This document shows, piece after piece, positions 9,000 to 23,099 of a stretch of 64,000 nt of DNA. How positions within the stretch are numbered: the first letter of the stretch is position 1; every line of letters begins with the position of its first letter. Position numbers and translations under genes: made by a program. The notes below the pieces were generated by a model. That model had not been told where the DNA came from and searched no databases. It was given only the letters and a program-made list of their open reading frames with translations. The DNA comes from Podarcis bocagei (Eukaryota): the NCBI GenBank assembly GCA_964188305.1, contig OZ076893.1; one strand, given 5' to 3'.

Positions 9000-9633
9000 G
9001 TAAATAGAAGTGCAAATTGTGAAGGATAGCTATCTTTCAATTTTCATATTGTGTTGGAAGGTGTGGGTTTCATAAGTTTAGTTTTAATTGTGAAATGATC
9101 TTAATCTCCAATAAATGCCATTCGATTTGTAAGCAGATTCCTATTATTGTTATTGTTATTTTACATTTTGTGCGAAAACAATTGGTTTTAATGAGCATTT
9201 TGGAAGCCTCATTTGTGCCTCCCTGTTCATTTGTTCCAAGGGTGGCTATACAGGTGATTACCCAGTGTAGCACCTGGAGCTCTTCCACATCATCCTAGGT
9301 AAAATATGCAAGCTGGAAGTGCTCTGGCAGAATTCTGCCTGGTCCTCTTCTTTTCGAGACAGGCCCTCAGGCCTTAGCAGCCTTTAATCAGCTGTAACTG
9401 GAGTGAAGCTGTCAGCTCTTTGCTTGCACCGTGTCAGCTTTAGTATTACTTAGAGCATTCCTGACAATACAGATTTAACAGGCAACCTGTGGGGTGGCAA
9501 AGCATCTTTTTCATAGATGAAACTTTCCAGAGCTATAGCATCAACAGCTATGCCAAGGTTGTCAATGCTTGGCCTGGAAAGATACTCTGTTGTGTCCAAT
9601 AGCTGCAAGGCAATGAAAAACTTAAGCAGCAGC

Positions 9634-10045
9634 TAGGGACGGAAGGATCTGTCAATTTTGGTTCTCTCAGCTTCTCATTTCTCCAATTTTAAAGTCAGTT
9701 CTCTACATTACCACCACAGCAATTCCCCCTTTTTAAGAAATAAAATAAAAAATAAAATCCTCATGAAAATTCACCAGCATTTTAGGACAAATTTCTCACA
9801 ATAAGTACAATTTCCAATGCAGTTTTGACTAATGTACACCTTTCCCAAGCCAGTTCCCCTAATATAATGCATTTTTGTTTTTGTTTTTTCACTAATATAT
9901 TCCCATTTTTGCACTCTTTCCCATAATATAGTCATTTTTGGAAACACTGTTTGGCTGGAGAACTGCATTACAAAATTCAGATACTTGCATGAAGGCTAGC
10001 TATGTTTCAATTTGTGTTTTGTTTTGGAAAGTGCAAACTGGAACA
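9634..10045. mobile_element. Degenerate copy of abundant lizard MITE-like repeat
   Basis: Starts TAGGGACGGAAGGATCTGTC; shares CAGTTCTC.ACATT and GGAGAACTGCAT..CAAAATT motifs with other copies; boundaries approximate. Confidence 0.6.
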
Positions 10046-12657
10046 GAGGTACGTTCTACTGTATTTTTATTGTAAGTCACCATGAGTTGGTTTTACCCTA
10101 TATTCCCTCATGGGCCAGGTGTAAGAATTGGGTAGAGCAATAGCTGTGACTCTTACCTCTGCCTACATTCCAGCTATGCAAAATTCAGGTGTGTTCCTGC
10201 ATCCCTCCCTCCATACCCTCCATCCAGGCAAGCAAGAGACATGTGGTCAAGGATACCTTCCAACCAGGCAAAAGCACTGGAGGAGGATGTGGAACAGGAC
10301 TGGTTTGGTGTGTATCCTGAGGAGAGGGAAAGATCTGAGGGCTGGACAGAGATGCCTAGAGGGCCATATTTGGTATTAGGCATTGAAGTTAGGGTAGCAA
10401 AAATGCAGCTTGGAAGCTCAAATCATATATATGATTTGATATATTGAATATATATATATGAATATATATATGAGAGAATGACATTCTTCTTAAGAAATTA
10501 ATCCAATGTCCAGACTTTAATATTCACAAACTTCTAATTTCCAAACAACTGTATTTTCCTCTCTTTCCTGAGCTCAAGACTCAGCCTTCTGTATCTCAAT
10601 TAGGCCACACCTTGCAGCTCCTATGAGAGATTTCCACTTTCATCTTCTCCTTCAGTTTTGCTCTCTTTCTTCCAAGCAGGAGAAGCACTCTGACACTCTA
10701 TTCCACTTAGCAGCATTCACAGTGGATTATAAAACACAGTAATCTTGCATCACATAAAATAGAGTCTCTCCTTCACTAGATACCTCCCATTTGACCGTTA
10801 GCCAGTCACATGAAAACTACTAGAGAACTCTCTAGAATTCAGTTACCAACCAATCATATTTAAACACATAAGAATGCATACAACCATTTACAATTTCAGT
10901 GGATTAAATTACTATTCTCAACATTAGGGGGAGTCTCCACTCGAACAAAGGCCCTTCCATTCACAGAGTGACTTTTTGCACCTTAGAATCCAATCTAATA
11001 TTGCCATTTGGCGTGCTGGGTTAGCCTATGACAAAGACTTCTCTTCGTGGAACACTTTAAAAAAAGAAAAGAAAACACTTTTAGTCAAGTCAGTGTACTG
11101 TTGGTGGGTTGTTTATAAACCAATTAGCTGTGAAAGATAATTTGTCTCCAAGAGCAAGATTCAAAGCCAGGGGAAACTGACTGACGGAGAAAAATGGCAG
11201 AAGGGAGGTTAATATGTTGACAGACTCAAAGGCAGATATGTCTCGGCCTGTACTCTCAATGAGCATAGTTCACCGAGCTGGCCTTGATCCGTGCCTTCGA
11301 CAACCAACACAATAGCAACAGTGAAGCAAGGAGAGGGTACAGGGCCCTTTTTGGCAAAAGGTTTTCGTACGCTGCTGTGGGGCTGACCAGATAGAGATTT
11401 TCACGCTATTTGAGGCAAGCGGGCTCCCCGCCTGAGACTTATTGTCATTTGCAACTGCAGCGTTTATGCTGAGCTTTGTCCCTCTTTCAGCTGGTGACAA
11501 TGGGGCAGGCTCCAGGCACCTTGTTTTCCTAGCCCGAGGGAGGAAGTGACAGAAGGCCGGCCTTATTTACCTTCATGGCTTCCCCCATGTAATCTGGTTA
11601 ATCAGGTGGCTAATCAAGGACACAGAGCATCCCCTCGCACTAGGCATGTACAATGATGGCTCATTCATAGTCAATACAATGGGGTGCTTAAGTCATTCCA
11701 TGCCTTGCCAAAGACATTTTTCTTCCGCTTTGTTTGGTCACTCGAGAGAGTTCCTTGCCCTCCCCTCTCCACCCCTTTCTTCGTGCAGGCATATGTTCCC
11801 GCTCCACCCCATTGCAGCTGGACGGGTGGGAGGGGGAGCAGCTCTCCAGTTTTGTGTTGTTTTATTAGAAGCCAATGAATCGATTTAGTGGCAGTGTGAT
11901 GCGGAGGGTTAAAGTAGTCTCTGCATGTGTGCATACATTAGCGCTCTGCTATTTGAAGTCTTAATAGCAAGGTGACCTCAGAGACAACAGTGCTCGTCCT
12001 AACTTTGCTCGGCAATCTGGCAAGTGTGAAAGAAAACAAGCCAATGTTTCAGGACTCAAAGAGATGCATAAAGCAGACTTCCTCTCCGTGTTTGTGTGTG
12101 TGTGTGTGCGTGCGTGTGTATGTGTGTGTGTGATGCAATGGAGAAACCCTTTAATGTAGAAAATGGATGCTAGTGTCTTAAGGTACATCCAGTTCAGACA
12201 TTCTTAGTGACTTTTCACTGATGTTACAACAGGATAATTGAAATCTGAACAGGCTTCAGCAACACAGAAAAAAATTACTCCATATATTTTCTACCGCAAT
12301 ATCAAGAAAGGAGGTGAAAGGGATTTCTGTGTGTGTGTTGGGGAAGCAGGTGAGGTTTCTAGGCTTCACACAGAATTAAGAGATGTACAGGGGGGAGAAT
12401 TTCACAGCAAATGTTGGCTCTCAATAGCATTGTGCTGCAGGAGAAACTGCTGAGACAGTGTTCCTATGTGAAAGGCTGGTTGAAAGAAACCAGTGCTTTT
12501 GAAACTTTTTACACAATTTTACACATTCAGATAACAATGGCCCATGTGCAGAAACAGGCTATCATTTACAGGATCCACTCTTGACAAATGTACAGAATCC
12601 CTTTAGGAGTCTGCTACATGGAGAAGGAAAAGACCAAAAAGAGACACTTAATAGCAT

Positions 12658-13168
12658 TTGTTGTTGTTTAGTCATTTAGTCGTGTCCGACTCTTCGTGAC
12701 CCCATGGACCAGAGCACGCCAGGCACTCCTATCTTCCACTTCCTCCCGCAGTTTGGTCAGACTCATGTTTGTGGCTTCGAGAACACTATGCAACCATCTC
12801 AGCCTCTGTCGTCCCCATCTCCTTGTGCCCTCCATCTTTCCCAACATCAGGGTCTTTTCCAGGGAGTCTTCTCTTCTCATGAGGTGGCCAAAGTATTGGA
12901 GCCTCAGCTTCACGATCTGTCCTTCCAGTGACCACTCAGGGCTGATTTCCTTAAGAATGGATGCGTTTGATCTTCTTGCAGTCCATGGGACTCTCAAAAG
13001 TCTCCTCCAGCACCATAATTCAAAAGCATCAATTCTTCGGCGATCAGCCTTCTTTATGGTCCAGCTCTCACTTCCATACATCACTACTGGGAAAACCATA
13101 GCTTTAACTATACAGACCTTTCTTGGCAAGGTGATGTCTCTGCTTTTGAAGATGCTGTCTAGGTTTGC
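12658..13168 (-). mobile_element. Bov-B (RTE LINE) 3' fragment
   Basis: ORF 12668-13129 encodes KAMVFPVVMYGSESWTIKKA...DAFELWCWRRLLRVPWTARRSN...LEKTLMLGK, the characteristic Bov-B C-terminus; (CAA)n tail. Confidence 0.93.
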
Positions 13169-15351
13169 CTAGTATCGGCCATATACTTGTACAACAGTGT
13201 GTGCACTGCCTAGTGCTTTTCCCTTGCTCTGTTGGCTTGCCAACATTAACCCAGCTGAAACGACAGCATCAAAGGCAATTTGTATTGAAGACAAGTAACA
13301 ACTGGGAGCCAGGACTCATTGGAGTAACAAGGCAGGAAGTTTCATTTCACCCTGACCGCCGCCACCTCCCGGGAAACAAGACCATCTCCCTCCACATCAT
13401 CCACCCTCCTTTTCATTAGCACCTTTACAACACATTATCCTTGTCCTAATCCTCTGGCCATTTTAGGGATTGGGGGTCATTAGTGCACTTGCAGGGTTGA
13501 TCTTATTGTGCTGGAGGTGTGAATTGATCATCAAAATGACAACTGGTGACAGGCATGCTCTATTGGTTTCCTCCTTTGATTCTTGATTGCACATTAATAG
13601 TTTGGAGGGTGTGATGCACTGCTTTTGTAAAGCCTACACAATTCAATTTGGAACCCCCACAACCCTCCTCCCCCCCCCCCATTTTCCGTATACTTCCATG
13701 AGAGGCCTTACCTCTATGAATTTGTGAAATAAAATATAAACAGTGTGAAATAAGGAGCTTGTCGAGACCACTTTACTGGAGTCTAGTGACCCTCTTTCCA
13801 TTCTTTCACCGCACACTTAGGAGGATAGACTTTTGTATTTGGAAAAAGTGGTGGTAGTGGCCTTGTAGGGTAGGTTGATGAGGAAGTAGGTTTGCCTCAG
13901 GCTACCTTATTTTCTGCCTCGGGACAGAAAATAGATTTGAAACAATGATCTCCTGATTCTTAATCGACTTTCATAGCTACTGGAAGTAGTGGGACTCATT
14001 TCAACATAGCTAACATAGAAAACTCGGTCCTGATCAACTGTCTTCATCACGAGCAAATGCACTGCGGTGTTTCTTCAGCCGAAAGGGCCATTTACTATAG
14101 GGGTTGTGTGCTGGTGGTTGGTTGAGGCAGGAGCAAAAGTATGGAACTCTTACCTTTCCAGCAGGCTATATATAGTCACAGAAAAGCCAAGAATTTCTAC
14201 AAACACATCCTTCCTTCCTTCCATCCACCCATCCAAGCGAGCAAGCAAGAGGCATTATTAAGGTTCAAGAACACATTCCAGCCAGACAAAAGCAACCCAG
14301 AAGGAGCAGAGCAGGCCTGGAGAAGGCAGCAGCATGGCCTGGGGACAGTCTCAAGGGCCACACAGAGATGTCCAGAGGAAAACATTCGGCCCCTGGGGCC
14401 TAAAACCATTTGCTTAACCTAGCATCTATTACATGCATATTGGCTGCAACTGATTTTTTTAAAGAAAAACATTCTATTGCAAGCAGCTTTTTTGGTGCAG
14501 GGAAATTATTATCAAACCCCACCCAACAGGAACATTTCTCACCTTTCCCAACCTGCCGGCTGTTAAAGAAGGTGCATTTCTCACCAGGCAAAGGTGATCA
14601 AAGAAAACCACATAGTGCTATGGAAATCAATCTTGATCAAATGATGATAATTAATCTTCATCATGAGTGACATTCCCACCCTTCCTGTGGTATCATGAGC
14701 CCCCAAACTACTCAGGTCACTTGTGTGGGCTCTCTTTCTTTCTCTCTTCTTATTTCAAATGCTGCCTTTGATGAAGATGACATGGGAATCTCTAATTATT
14801 TTAATGGGGCTAATTAGAGAATGATATACATTCATTATTATGGAGAATGCCGAGAGTAGATTGCCTCTCAAAGCTGCATGGCTTGCTACTTTTAGTGTGT
14901 AGCGTCTTTCCCAAAGAAAATGAGATTTTTTTCCTCTGGTCCACAAGGAAACTGTACTGCAGTTGAAAGATTTTGTGGCTAAATTGGAATCACCCTTTCA
15001 GCAGAAAGTAGTCAATGACACTCTTGAATTACTTGGTGTCCTCCTGATTCATACAGTGTATCTCATAACAAGAATTGTATTTCATAATTATATAATTGAA
15101 TGGTCTTCAATTTCAATATCTGCCTCAAAATCAGCACATTTGAACCATGCAGAAAAATATCTACCCTACATTGTGTGTTTTTATATTTTTATTGTCCATT
15201 TATTCCTCTTGCTGCTTCTTGACATTCTTTTCCTACCTTTTTGAGGTGGGTGTAGGGGCTCACATTTTGCACCCCACCATATGGCTGCGGAACTGTATTG
15301 AAAAATTTGGAGAACTATGACTCTTGAAGGACAACTGAGTTTAGGTTTCCG

Positions 15352-15836
15352 TGCAGAGACATCACCTTGCCAACAAAGGTCTGTATAGTTAAAGCCATGG
15401 TTTTCCCAGCAGTGATGTATGGAAGTGAGAGCCGGACCATAAGGAAGGCTGATCGCCGAAGAATTGATGCTTATGAATTATGGTGCTGGAGGAGACTCTT
15501 GAGAGTCCCATGGACTGCAAGAAGATCAAACGCATCCATTCTTAAGGAAATCAGCCCTGAGTGCTTACTGGAAGGACAGATCGTGAAGCTGAGGCTCCAG
15601 TACTTTGGCCACCTCATGAGAAGAGAAGACTCCCTGGAAAAGACCCTGATGTTGGGAAAGATGGAGGGCACAAGGAGAAGGGGACAACAGAGGACGAGAT
15701 GGTTGGACAGTGTTGTCGAAGCTACCAGCATGAGTTTGACCAAACTGCGGGAGGCAGTGGAAGACAGGAGGGCCTGGCATGCTCTGGTCAATGGGGTCAC
15801 GAAGTCGGACACGACTAAACGACTAAACAACAACAA
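15352..15836 (+). mobile_element. Bov-B (RTE LINE) 3' fragment
   Basis: Same C-terminal peptide (ORF 15367-15858); ends CGACTAAACAACAACAA. Confidence 0.93.
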
Positions 15837-17420
15837 TTGCTCAGGAAGTGAGAATTAAGCAGCTTCACCTTTAAATGCTAAGAGAATTGCATTTCCCTTC
15901 AAACCATAGTTGCAACCTGTTTCTGAACAAAATGTGAAACTTTAGGACACTTGTTCATTCCCAAACCTCAGAACTCAAGATCAGATCAAAGGATCATCTA
16001 GCCCAGCATCTTAGTCAGTCAAAATAGCCAACCAAGTGCCAATGGGAGGAGGACAAGGAGGACATGAGCACAGCAGCACTTACCTCACTTGTGTTGTCAT
16101 ATAAATGGGAAGAATTGTGGAGGTGAGACGTTAGAATTAAGTGGGAGAGAAAAAGAGAACATGAACTCTGAGAACATCTGAGTTTTGTGATTTGGAATCT
16201 AGGCATAATACATTTTGTATTATTATACATTTTGTCCATGGTGTTCAAATAAAGATTTGTGTCATCTGAAAAATACCATGCCAAAGATTCAGATAATTTT
16301 GGAACAGACCAAAATTAATTGTCTTCACGCAAAGACACACACACACACACTTCTGATATTGTCTTCAAGGGGGGGGGGAAGCTAAAATAACAAGACTACA
16401 GGACTTTTGAAGGCAGGAAGGAACATCAGAAGGAAAGGTACTAACAGCAATTCCATTATGCCAAAAAAACAAAGCAAAACCTCTTAATGTAGCTACTGTC
16501 ATGTGGCATATGAAAAGCACTTCTTGCATGGTTTCAAGGGCACTGTAACTTGCCTGTGCCAAATTGAGCAATTTAATGAGAACAGACAGCACAGTTTGTT
16601 AAAGGAATAACATTGAATTAAGGGCATTGACTAGGAGATTGGGTGACTTCCATCCATTAACTTCTATTAGTATCTCTGGCATTTTAATTGTCCTCCAACT
16701 ATACATTCAGAAAACTCTGTTCCTCATAGCAGGGTATTGATAGGAGACAGGTACCCTGAGCCTGTGTTTCATGTTTAGGAGCTAAACAGCAATTCTTCAT
16801 GTTCAGACTTTCCTGAAATGTATGGCTCTGCTCTAGAAAGAGAGGCACTTACACTGCTGCTTCTGTCATTGAAAAGAACAGGGAACCCTACACACTCCAG
16901 AGATCCATGTGCCTATCAGATCTCTGGCAGAGTTCTGGATCAGATCCACTTGGCTGTCCTAAATGTGTCTGGCAAGTTGTTGTCGCTGACTTAATAAGGC
17001 AAACATACTTGGAATGCCTACACCTTCTTATTCAAGCTCAACAGAGGAACCTAGGAAGTCTCATAGCTCAATATTGCCATGTTGGCTGCCATGGCTCTCC
17101 AGGGTTTCAGGCAAGGTGTAGTTTTTCTAACTCTACCTTACCTGGAGGTGCTGAAGATTGAGCCCAGGGCCCTCTGTATGGAGATCAGATGCTGTAAGCC
17201 TAAGATATGACCCTTCCATATTATTCTTTGGAATTTAAGAAACTGGGATATGGAATTTGTGGAATAAGATGGAACTGGAATAACATGGAATGCTGAATAA
17301 TTGTCCAGTTGCTCATACTCATTGAAAGGAGTGGGTTTTCAGAATAAGTGCATAATCTCTTTAATTAAAGCAGCACTTTTTAAAACGTGGAAACTCAGCT
17401 TGCTTTATAGTGTTTTATTT

Positions 17421-17555
17421 CAGGGTTTCCAAATCTGAGTTTCCAGCTGTTTTTGGACTACAACTCCCATCTTCCCTAGCTAGCAGGACCAGTGGTCAAG
17501 GATGGTGAAAATTGTCGTGCCAAAGCAGCTGCAGTCCCAAGTTTCAGAAATCCTG
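17421..17555. mobile_element. Short hAT-like MITE (GGACTACAACTCCCA family)
   Basis: Termini CAGGGTTTCCAAA...TTTCAGAAATCCTG; internal inverted arms; 8-bp flanks match 6/8. Confidence 0.5.
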
Positions 17556-20425
17556 GTTTATCTCACATGTCTATTAAAAAAAAACAGATTTTTACCCAAT
17601 TAAAATAAATACAACAAAAGTGAGTCCTCTGCTGCCTGCCATAGTGAGGTCAAAGGCAAATTTCTGAGCATCTCCAGAGTGTGGAAAGGTATGACAATTT
17701 GGTGCGAGGATGCCAGAGTTGGGTTGAGGAGGCAGAACTAGAAAGGCCTGTGCTACTTAACTCCTGCAGCCCACTCTCCCTATTTTTGTGGCGCCCCCTC
17801 CCTGAGATATGGCACACATGGCAGCTTTAGGGTTGAGTATATATATCTTTGCCTGAACATAGAATTGACTCTAATAATTTCTCTACTCTGTGTAGCTGGA
17901 TGGCAAAACTTGTTACTGGCAGCTAAAGGCCAGGCTGCCATTACAAATAGACTTCGCTTGGTTGCTATGGGCAGGGTTGGGCAGAGAAAGACAGTGATAT
18001 GTAGAGATCTGGTGTGCACATGGAAGTGATGGAAAATTTGAGATTTTTGAGTTTCAGATCAATGGGATCCAGGGCCGAGGTAGGGTATGGGTTCCTTGTG
18101 GGACCTGAAGAAAGCAGTAGATCAGAAAGGCCTCTCACAACATGTGGCCTCTGAGGTACTGACCAATTTTCCCAGATGCAGGCGCCTGGATGGCTTACCC
18201 TACTTAGAAGCTAGTTATGTTGGGAGTAAAAAAAAATTCAGCCCAGTTGTGTTTAGTTGTAGATCATTTTATAAGTAGCTAATAAATTGTTGCCCTAGTT
18301 CACACAAACAGTTGTATCTCAATTCATTCTCTGGGGTGTGCCCACAAATGGATCATAGTGACCACATGTTTCTTTGACAGGAAACCTTAGAGTGTTTTTT
18401 TTTAAGGACTGAAATGGTTAACAGGACAGACATCTTCTTGTTTTGTCAGTTTCAGTTAGAGACATCTTATTTTTAAGTCTCTTCAAAGTGATATTTGCTT
18501 TCTTCCCTTTGACAAGCTGTGTTCTCACTTCATATAATCCAAAAGGGCTGTGATCTTTTCTCAGACAAAATGACAACTGAAGTCTTGTCTATACAGATTA
18601 CATTAAGGGGATCACACAGTATTGGAACATTCCAGGATCATCAAGAAAAGTGATAACAGTTATTTAAGATAAATGTAGTCACTGATTCCTATTTTCCTGC
18701 CACCAAAGTCATTACAACTATTCAAATAGAAGATTAAGGAAAGCAATGGCCCAAAGCTCTGAAATGTCTTAGGAAAGAACAAACTGTAAATGGAGCATCT
18801 GCCTCACTGGATATGTAAAAGGAAAGTGAATAATTTAAGTATTGGTTCGAAAGAGAGGACATTCAGAAAAAAGAGGGAGAAAGTGTCCATCAGATCAAAC
18901 AGTGTAAGGAAGTAATTGATAGGGCTGTGCAGAGGCACAACCCCTGCTGATTCACCCTGGGGTCCTGATACGAGGCCCCTGGATTGGGAAGACCACATTC
19001 AGGAGATGTGGAATCAGGCAAGAAAAAGGAGAGACTGGGCAGGACTTCCTACCTTGTCCCCGGAAGATGCGGCCGGTCAGGTGGGTCCCTTCCAACTTTT
19101 TTTGTGGTTTTGTGCCTGATGCCTGTCTCTCCTTCTAGCCATCTAACCTGACCTTCAGTGATGAGGGGCTTCCCCCCTCCAACTTGAATGATAGCCAGAT
19201 CTCCCCCCCCCCATATAGGTCCAATTCAGTTCTGGGCTTATGACTCAGCTGAGTCTAGTGCACAACCCTAATTAGTAGGCCTGTGCGCAGCCTCCACTTC
19301 TTGAGATGCAAGTGCAGCTGCCAATGTGGTTTTAATAAATCTGTTTCATTTCACATTTCATATTTTTTCAAAATTGTTGAGGAAACCAATAGGCTTTGAC
19401 TCTCTTCCTTCCAGCCCTCCTCTCTTAACCTACCATTTCCTTTGTCCACCAATGTGAAATAACCATAAGTGTTTTGTTCAACATTAAATGATCCAAAACT
19501 ACCCAGAATAGAGTTTTCTGAGGGGGAAAACTGCTAAATAATTTCATCACTCTTCCCTCTTCAGCAGAACAGACTCTCCAGTTTTGCCACCCATAAATTG
19601 TGTGGAAAATTTTAGAAAGCCATTTTTTGCTCAGCAAAGTATGGTAAGTGTCAGCTTAGATAACAATGTTTAAGGTTAAAATGCTTTTGCTAAGCACTCA
19701 TTTGGGCTTTGCAAAGGGTATCTGACAGTTCAAACCACTTCATGAATGGCTTGGAGCCTTTGCTTCTGCAAGCAGTTTGGTTCGGGCCCTGATCTGTAAT
19801 GGAATACACAGCTCTAACTTAGACGGAGAACAGAAATATTTGGTGTCCCCTGTGAATTAGCTTTTAAAATATATTTATTTCTAACTAGTGGGTGTTTACC
19901 AAATGGTGCTAATGTGTATGGATATATGCTCATAGTTGGCCCATCTCTTGGGACCCTCATGTCTGTATTTCATTTGTATTTTTCTTTCAGGCTCCTAATT
20001 CCTTCCTCGCTTCCCTTCAGTTCTCTTCAGCTATAGTTCTTCGGTTGTGGCCATGTTAGCAAAATGGACGCCACTTGTTGGAAATGTGTAAGGAAAGAAA
20101 CATGAGCTGAAGACAGTTGATTGCTTGCATAATGAGGGGTTGTTGTTTTTGTTGGTCCCGATCCTTTGAAAATGTGTTCATGCTTCCTGATGTTCTGTAC
20201 CATCACTTAGGGATTAAACCTATAGACAAGAATGTGGCATAAAGCAAGGCGACATAGCTTAAACCAGCATAAAAGATACACCAGATCTAAATTCCTTTCA
20301 GCAGTGAGGTTACTGCCGGCAGGGCCAACCTAAGCCTAGCAGAGGAAAACCCTTTGAAATAGCACTGGATTTACAGCACCAAGAAATGCCCCATTGTCAA
20401 GGCTTGGCACCAACTTTAGAGCTGT

Positions 20426-20683
20426 GGGTGAGCCAGTGTGGTGTAGTGGTTAAGAGTGGTGGACTCGTAATCTGGTGAACCGGGTTCAATTCCCTGCTCC
20501 TCCACATGCTGGGTGACCTTGGGCTAGTCACACTTCTCTGAAGTCTCTCAGTCTCACTCACTTCACAGAGTGTTTGTTGTGGGGGAGGAAGGGAAAGGAG
20601 ATTGTTAGCTGCTTTGAGACTCCTTCGGGTAGTGATAAAGAGGGATATCAAATCCAAACTCTTCTTCTTCTTCTTCTTCTTCT
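20426..20683 (+). mobile_element. Squam3-like tRNA-derived SINE
   Basis: A box TGGTGTAGTGG, B box GGTTCAATTCC, CORE-like TGGGTGACCTTGGGC, (CTT)n tail; homologous to copies at 32014 and 35688. Confidence 0.8.
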
Positions 20684-21124
20684 TGACTCTGGGACAGTGG
20701 ACATATGCCGGTGGATATATGCCAGCATTATATGACGCTGAGCCAAGGATGAGGGAATTAAGCTGCCACAGTCTGGCTGCATCAGGAATCTTCTGGCTCA
20801 GCCAGAGATCCCCCCCCCCCCCCGGATCCTAACCCACTTGCCTCAGAGGCTTTTGCAATAGGAGTGCTCCCTTTGTAGCTGGCACATTATCTATTAATCT
20901 GTTTACTATATTTATATCCCACCCTTCCTCCCAAAGGTCCAAGGCAGGAAACATACAATAAAAAGCTGCTGAAAATATGGCTGCGTTGATTATTCTTCCC
21001 ATACTTCAAGATCTATCCAATATGACATTCTTTGCTGTTGGTTGGTAGACATGCAAATGGATCTGTGATTAGTTGTGGGTACTTCTGTAACAGATGCTTA
21101 TGTTGGAAAGATAATTGCATTTTC

Positions 21125-21585
21125 AAGGATGGAAAGATCTGTGAATTTTCGTTCTCTCAATTTGTCAATGTTTTCCATCTTAAATTTGGTTCTCCACGTT
21201 TTTGCAGGAATTTGTACCAGATGGGTGGGGTATAAGTAAATTGTTGTTGTTGTTGTTGTTAAAAAGCACGTGAACATTTTTCAGCATTTTCATGCAAATT
21301 TCTCCTAATCTTTTTGTTTGCAGTTCCGAGCAATGTACGCATTTTTTCAAGCAATTTCTCCCAATATAATGCATTTTTCTATGTTATCTTCACAAGTACA
21401 TTCACTTTTACACACACTCCCCCTTAATCTATGCATTTCTCTAATCATTGGTGGGTTGGAGAAGGGCATTGCAAAATTTGGATATAGTGTGGATTTTGAA
21501 GGATGGCTGTGTTTCTGTCCTTAAACTGCTTTGGAATTGAATTTAAATTCAGCTTTAAAGGCAAACTGCATATCCCCCATTCCTG
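21125..21585. mobile_element. Degenerate copy of abundant MITE-like repeat
   Basis: AAGGATGGAAAGATCTGTG start, ...CCCCATTCCTG end; same internal motifs as the 62732 copy. Confidence 0.55.
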
Positions 21586-22631
21586 CACAGAACAAAACAA
21601 AACAAGGTCCCTTCCTAGGCAGTTCTTAGGTACATACCTATCTCCAAGTTGAAGTGTTGCACCTTCCCAAAATACAATTCATTCCCATCTCTCCCCTTTT
21701 AGCTTTCCAGTGGTGCCTCCCCTATCTGTGCTGACAAGCCATTCAGGAGGACAAAGTGGCCAGTCACAGGTGTGTGGGACATTATTATGGAAGCCATACA
21801 AATATATTTGCCCTTGAGATTGTTTATTGCTTTTAGCTATACTTTTTTTTCTTGCAATGGAGCCTTTTTACCATAGACTTAAAATCTGCCCGTAATCTTA
21901 CATGCAACTTGCCTTCAGATACTTCTCTATAAAGAAATTACGCATGGAAATTCTTTTTATGACTTTTTATTGAAACCACAACTCTGCAGCCAAAACTGAT
22001 TCTGTTGGAAATTTTGCCCAAAGCTTTGTCTTGGTTATAGAAAGAAATTATAGGTGTGGCCCAATTTCTGAATTAGCATAAACATTTATTTTATGTGCAT
22101 AAGAGAAATGCCTTTGAAACCTCTTGCCAAAGGCTCCTCCTTGCCTTCTGGTTATTATACTGGAATCACAGACACAAAAAAGGAAAAAAGGAATAAATTA
22201 TTCCAGGTCTAGCCTAATCAGATTTGAAATCTTGTCCTAATATCATTTGTCCTCATCTGTTCTGATAACCAGTAAGGGTTTATTGAGACATGTGGAAAAC
22301 GAACATGGTTATGTGGAAACGTATTGAGATATTTACTATATTTTAAAAATATTTACTGTATTTTACCCGTTCATATTGAAACTTCTAATTACATTAGATA
22401 GGAGGCATATGTTACAATAAAAATAGTTTGTTGTCTCTCGTGGTTTCACTGTATTCAATTTATTTAATTATTTATTTAGAATTACCAATTTAGGAAGGAA
22501 TAGAGAGGATGGATGGCAGGAAGGAACTTTGGGGTCTCAGGGTGAAACAACAACAAAAAGATCAAACTTAAACATTGTGGGCATTTTCTATAACTTAATC
22601 CTAAACTTCCCAATTCTCTGTGACACTCAAA

Positions 22632-22747
22632 CAAGGCCGGCCCAAGACATTTTGACACGTGAGGCAAACCGGAATAAAGATCTATGCTGGGATATCCTAC
22701 CCTTGTGGATCTTGCCACCTCTTGCCTCATGGGTGGGGCCGGCCCTG
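22632..22747. mobile_element. Short hAT-like MITE
   Basis: TIRs CAAGGCCGGCCC / GGGCCGGCCCTG; flanks CACTCAAA / TACTCACA (6/8). Confidence 0.55.
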
Positions 22748-23039
22748 TACTCACACTGAACTGCTGTTCACTTAAGTTTTGCTCAGAGTAGAACCACTGA
22801 AATTAATAGCCCTAACATAGTTACATGGAATACCACCATTGGCTTCTATCTCTCACTGCAATTCATGTGCAAGTTCTTGCTTGTGGTAGATATTTCCCAA
22901 CCCACGAGGGTTACTTGTAAGTAGAATACCCCCTAAAAACAGTTATAATTTATAGAAGCATATGTAGCTCGTAACTGCCCAACCCTTTATCATTTGCTGA
23001 AAGGGCTTATGAATGAAAGTTTTCCTTCAGTGTGTGTTA

Positions 23040-23041
<2 letters not shown>

Positions 23042-23097
<56 letters not shown>
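23042..23097. repeat. (AC)n microsatellite
   Basis: Pure dinucleotide run. Confidence 0.97.

Positions 23098-23099
<2 letters not shown>

Larger units (their letters stand above)
3078..9110. mobile_element. Old abundant MITE-like element split by the Gypsy insertion (pieces about 3078-3172 and 8633-9110)
   Basis: Both flanks of the Gypsy resemble consecutive parts of the ~400-450 bp TAGGGATGG...-type repeat seen at 9634, 21125, 31014 and 62732. Confidence 0.6.

Noticed and set aside
18925-19345. Possible degenerate LTR (AATAAA near end, GC-richer interior); similar stretch at about 10100-10400
   Set aside because: Termini and TSD could not be defined.
20426-20500. tRNA genes suggested by A/B boxes (also at the SINE heads near 2400, 26740, 30060, 35930, 60470)
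   Set aside because: These are tRNA-derived SINE heads continuing into SINE bodies.
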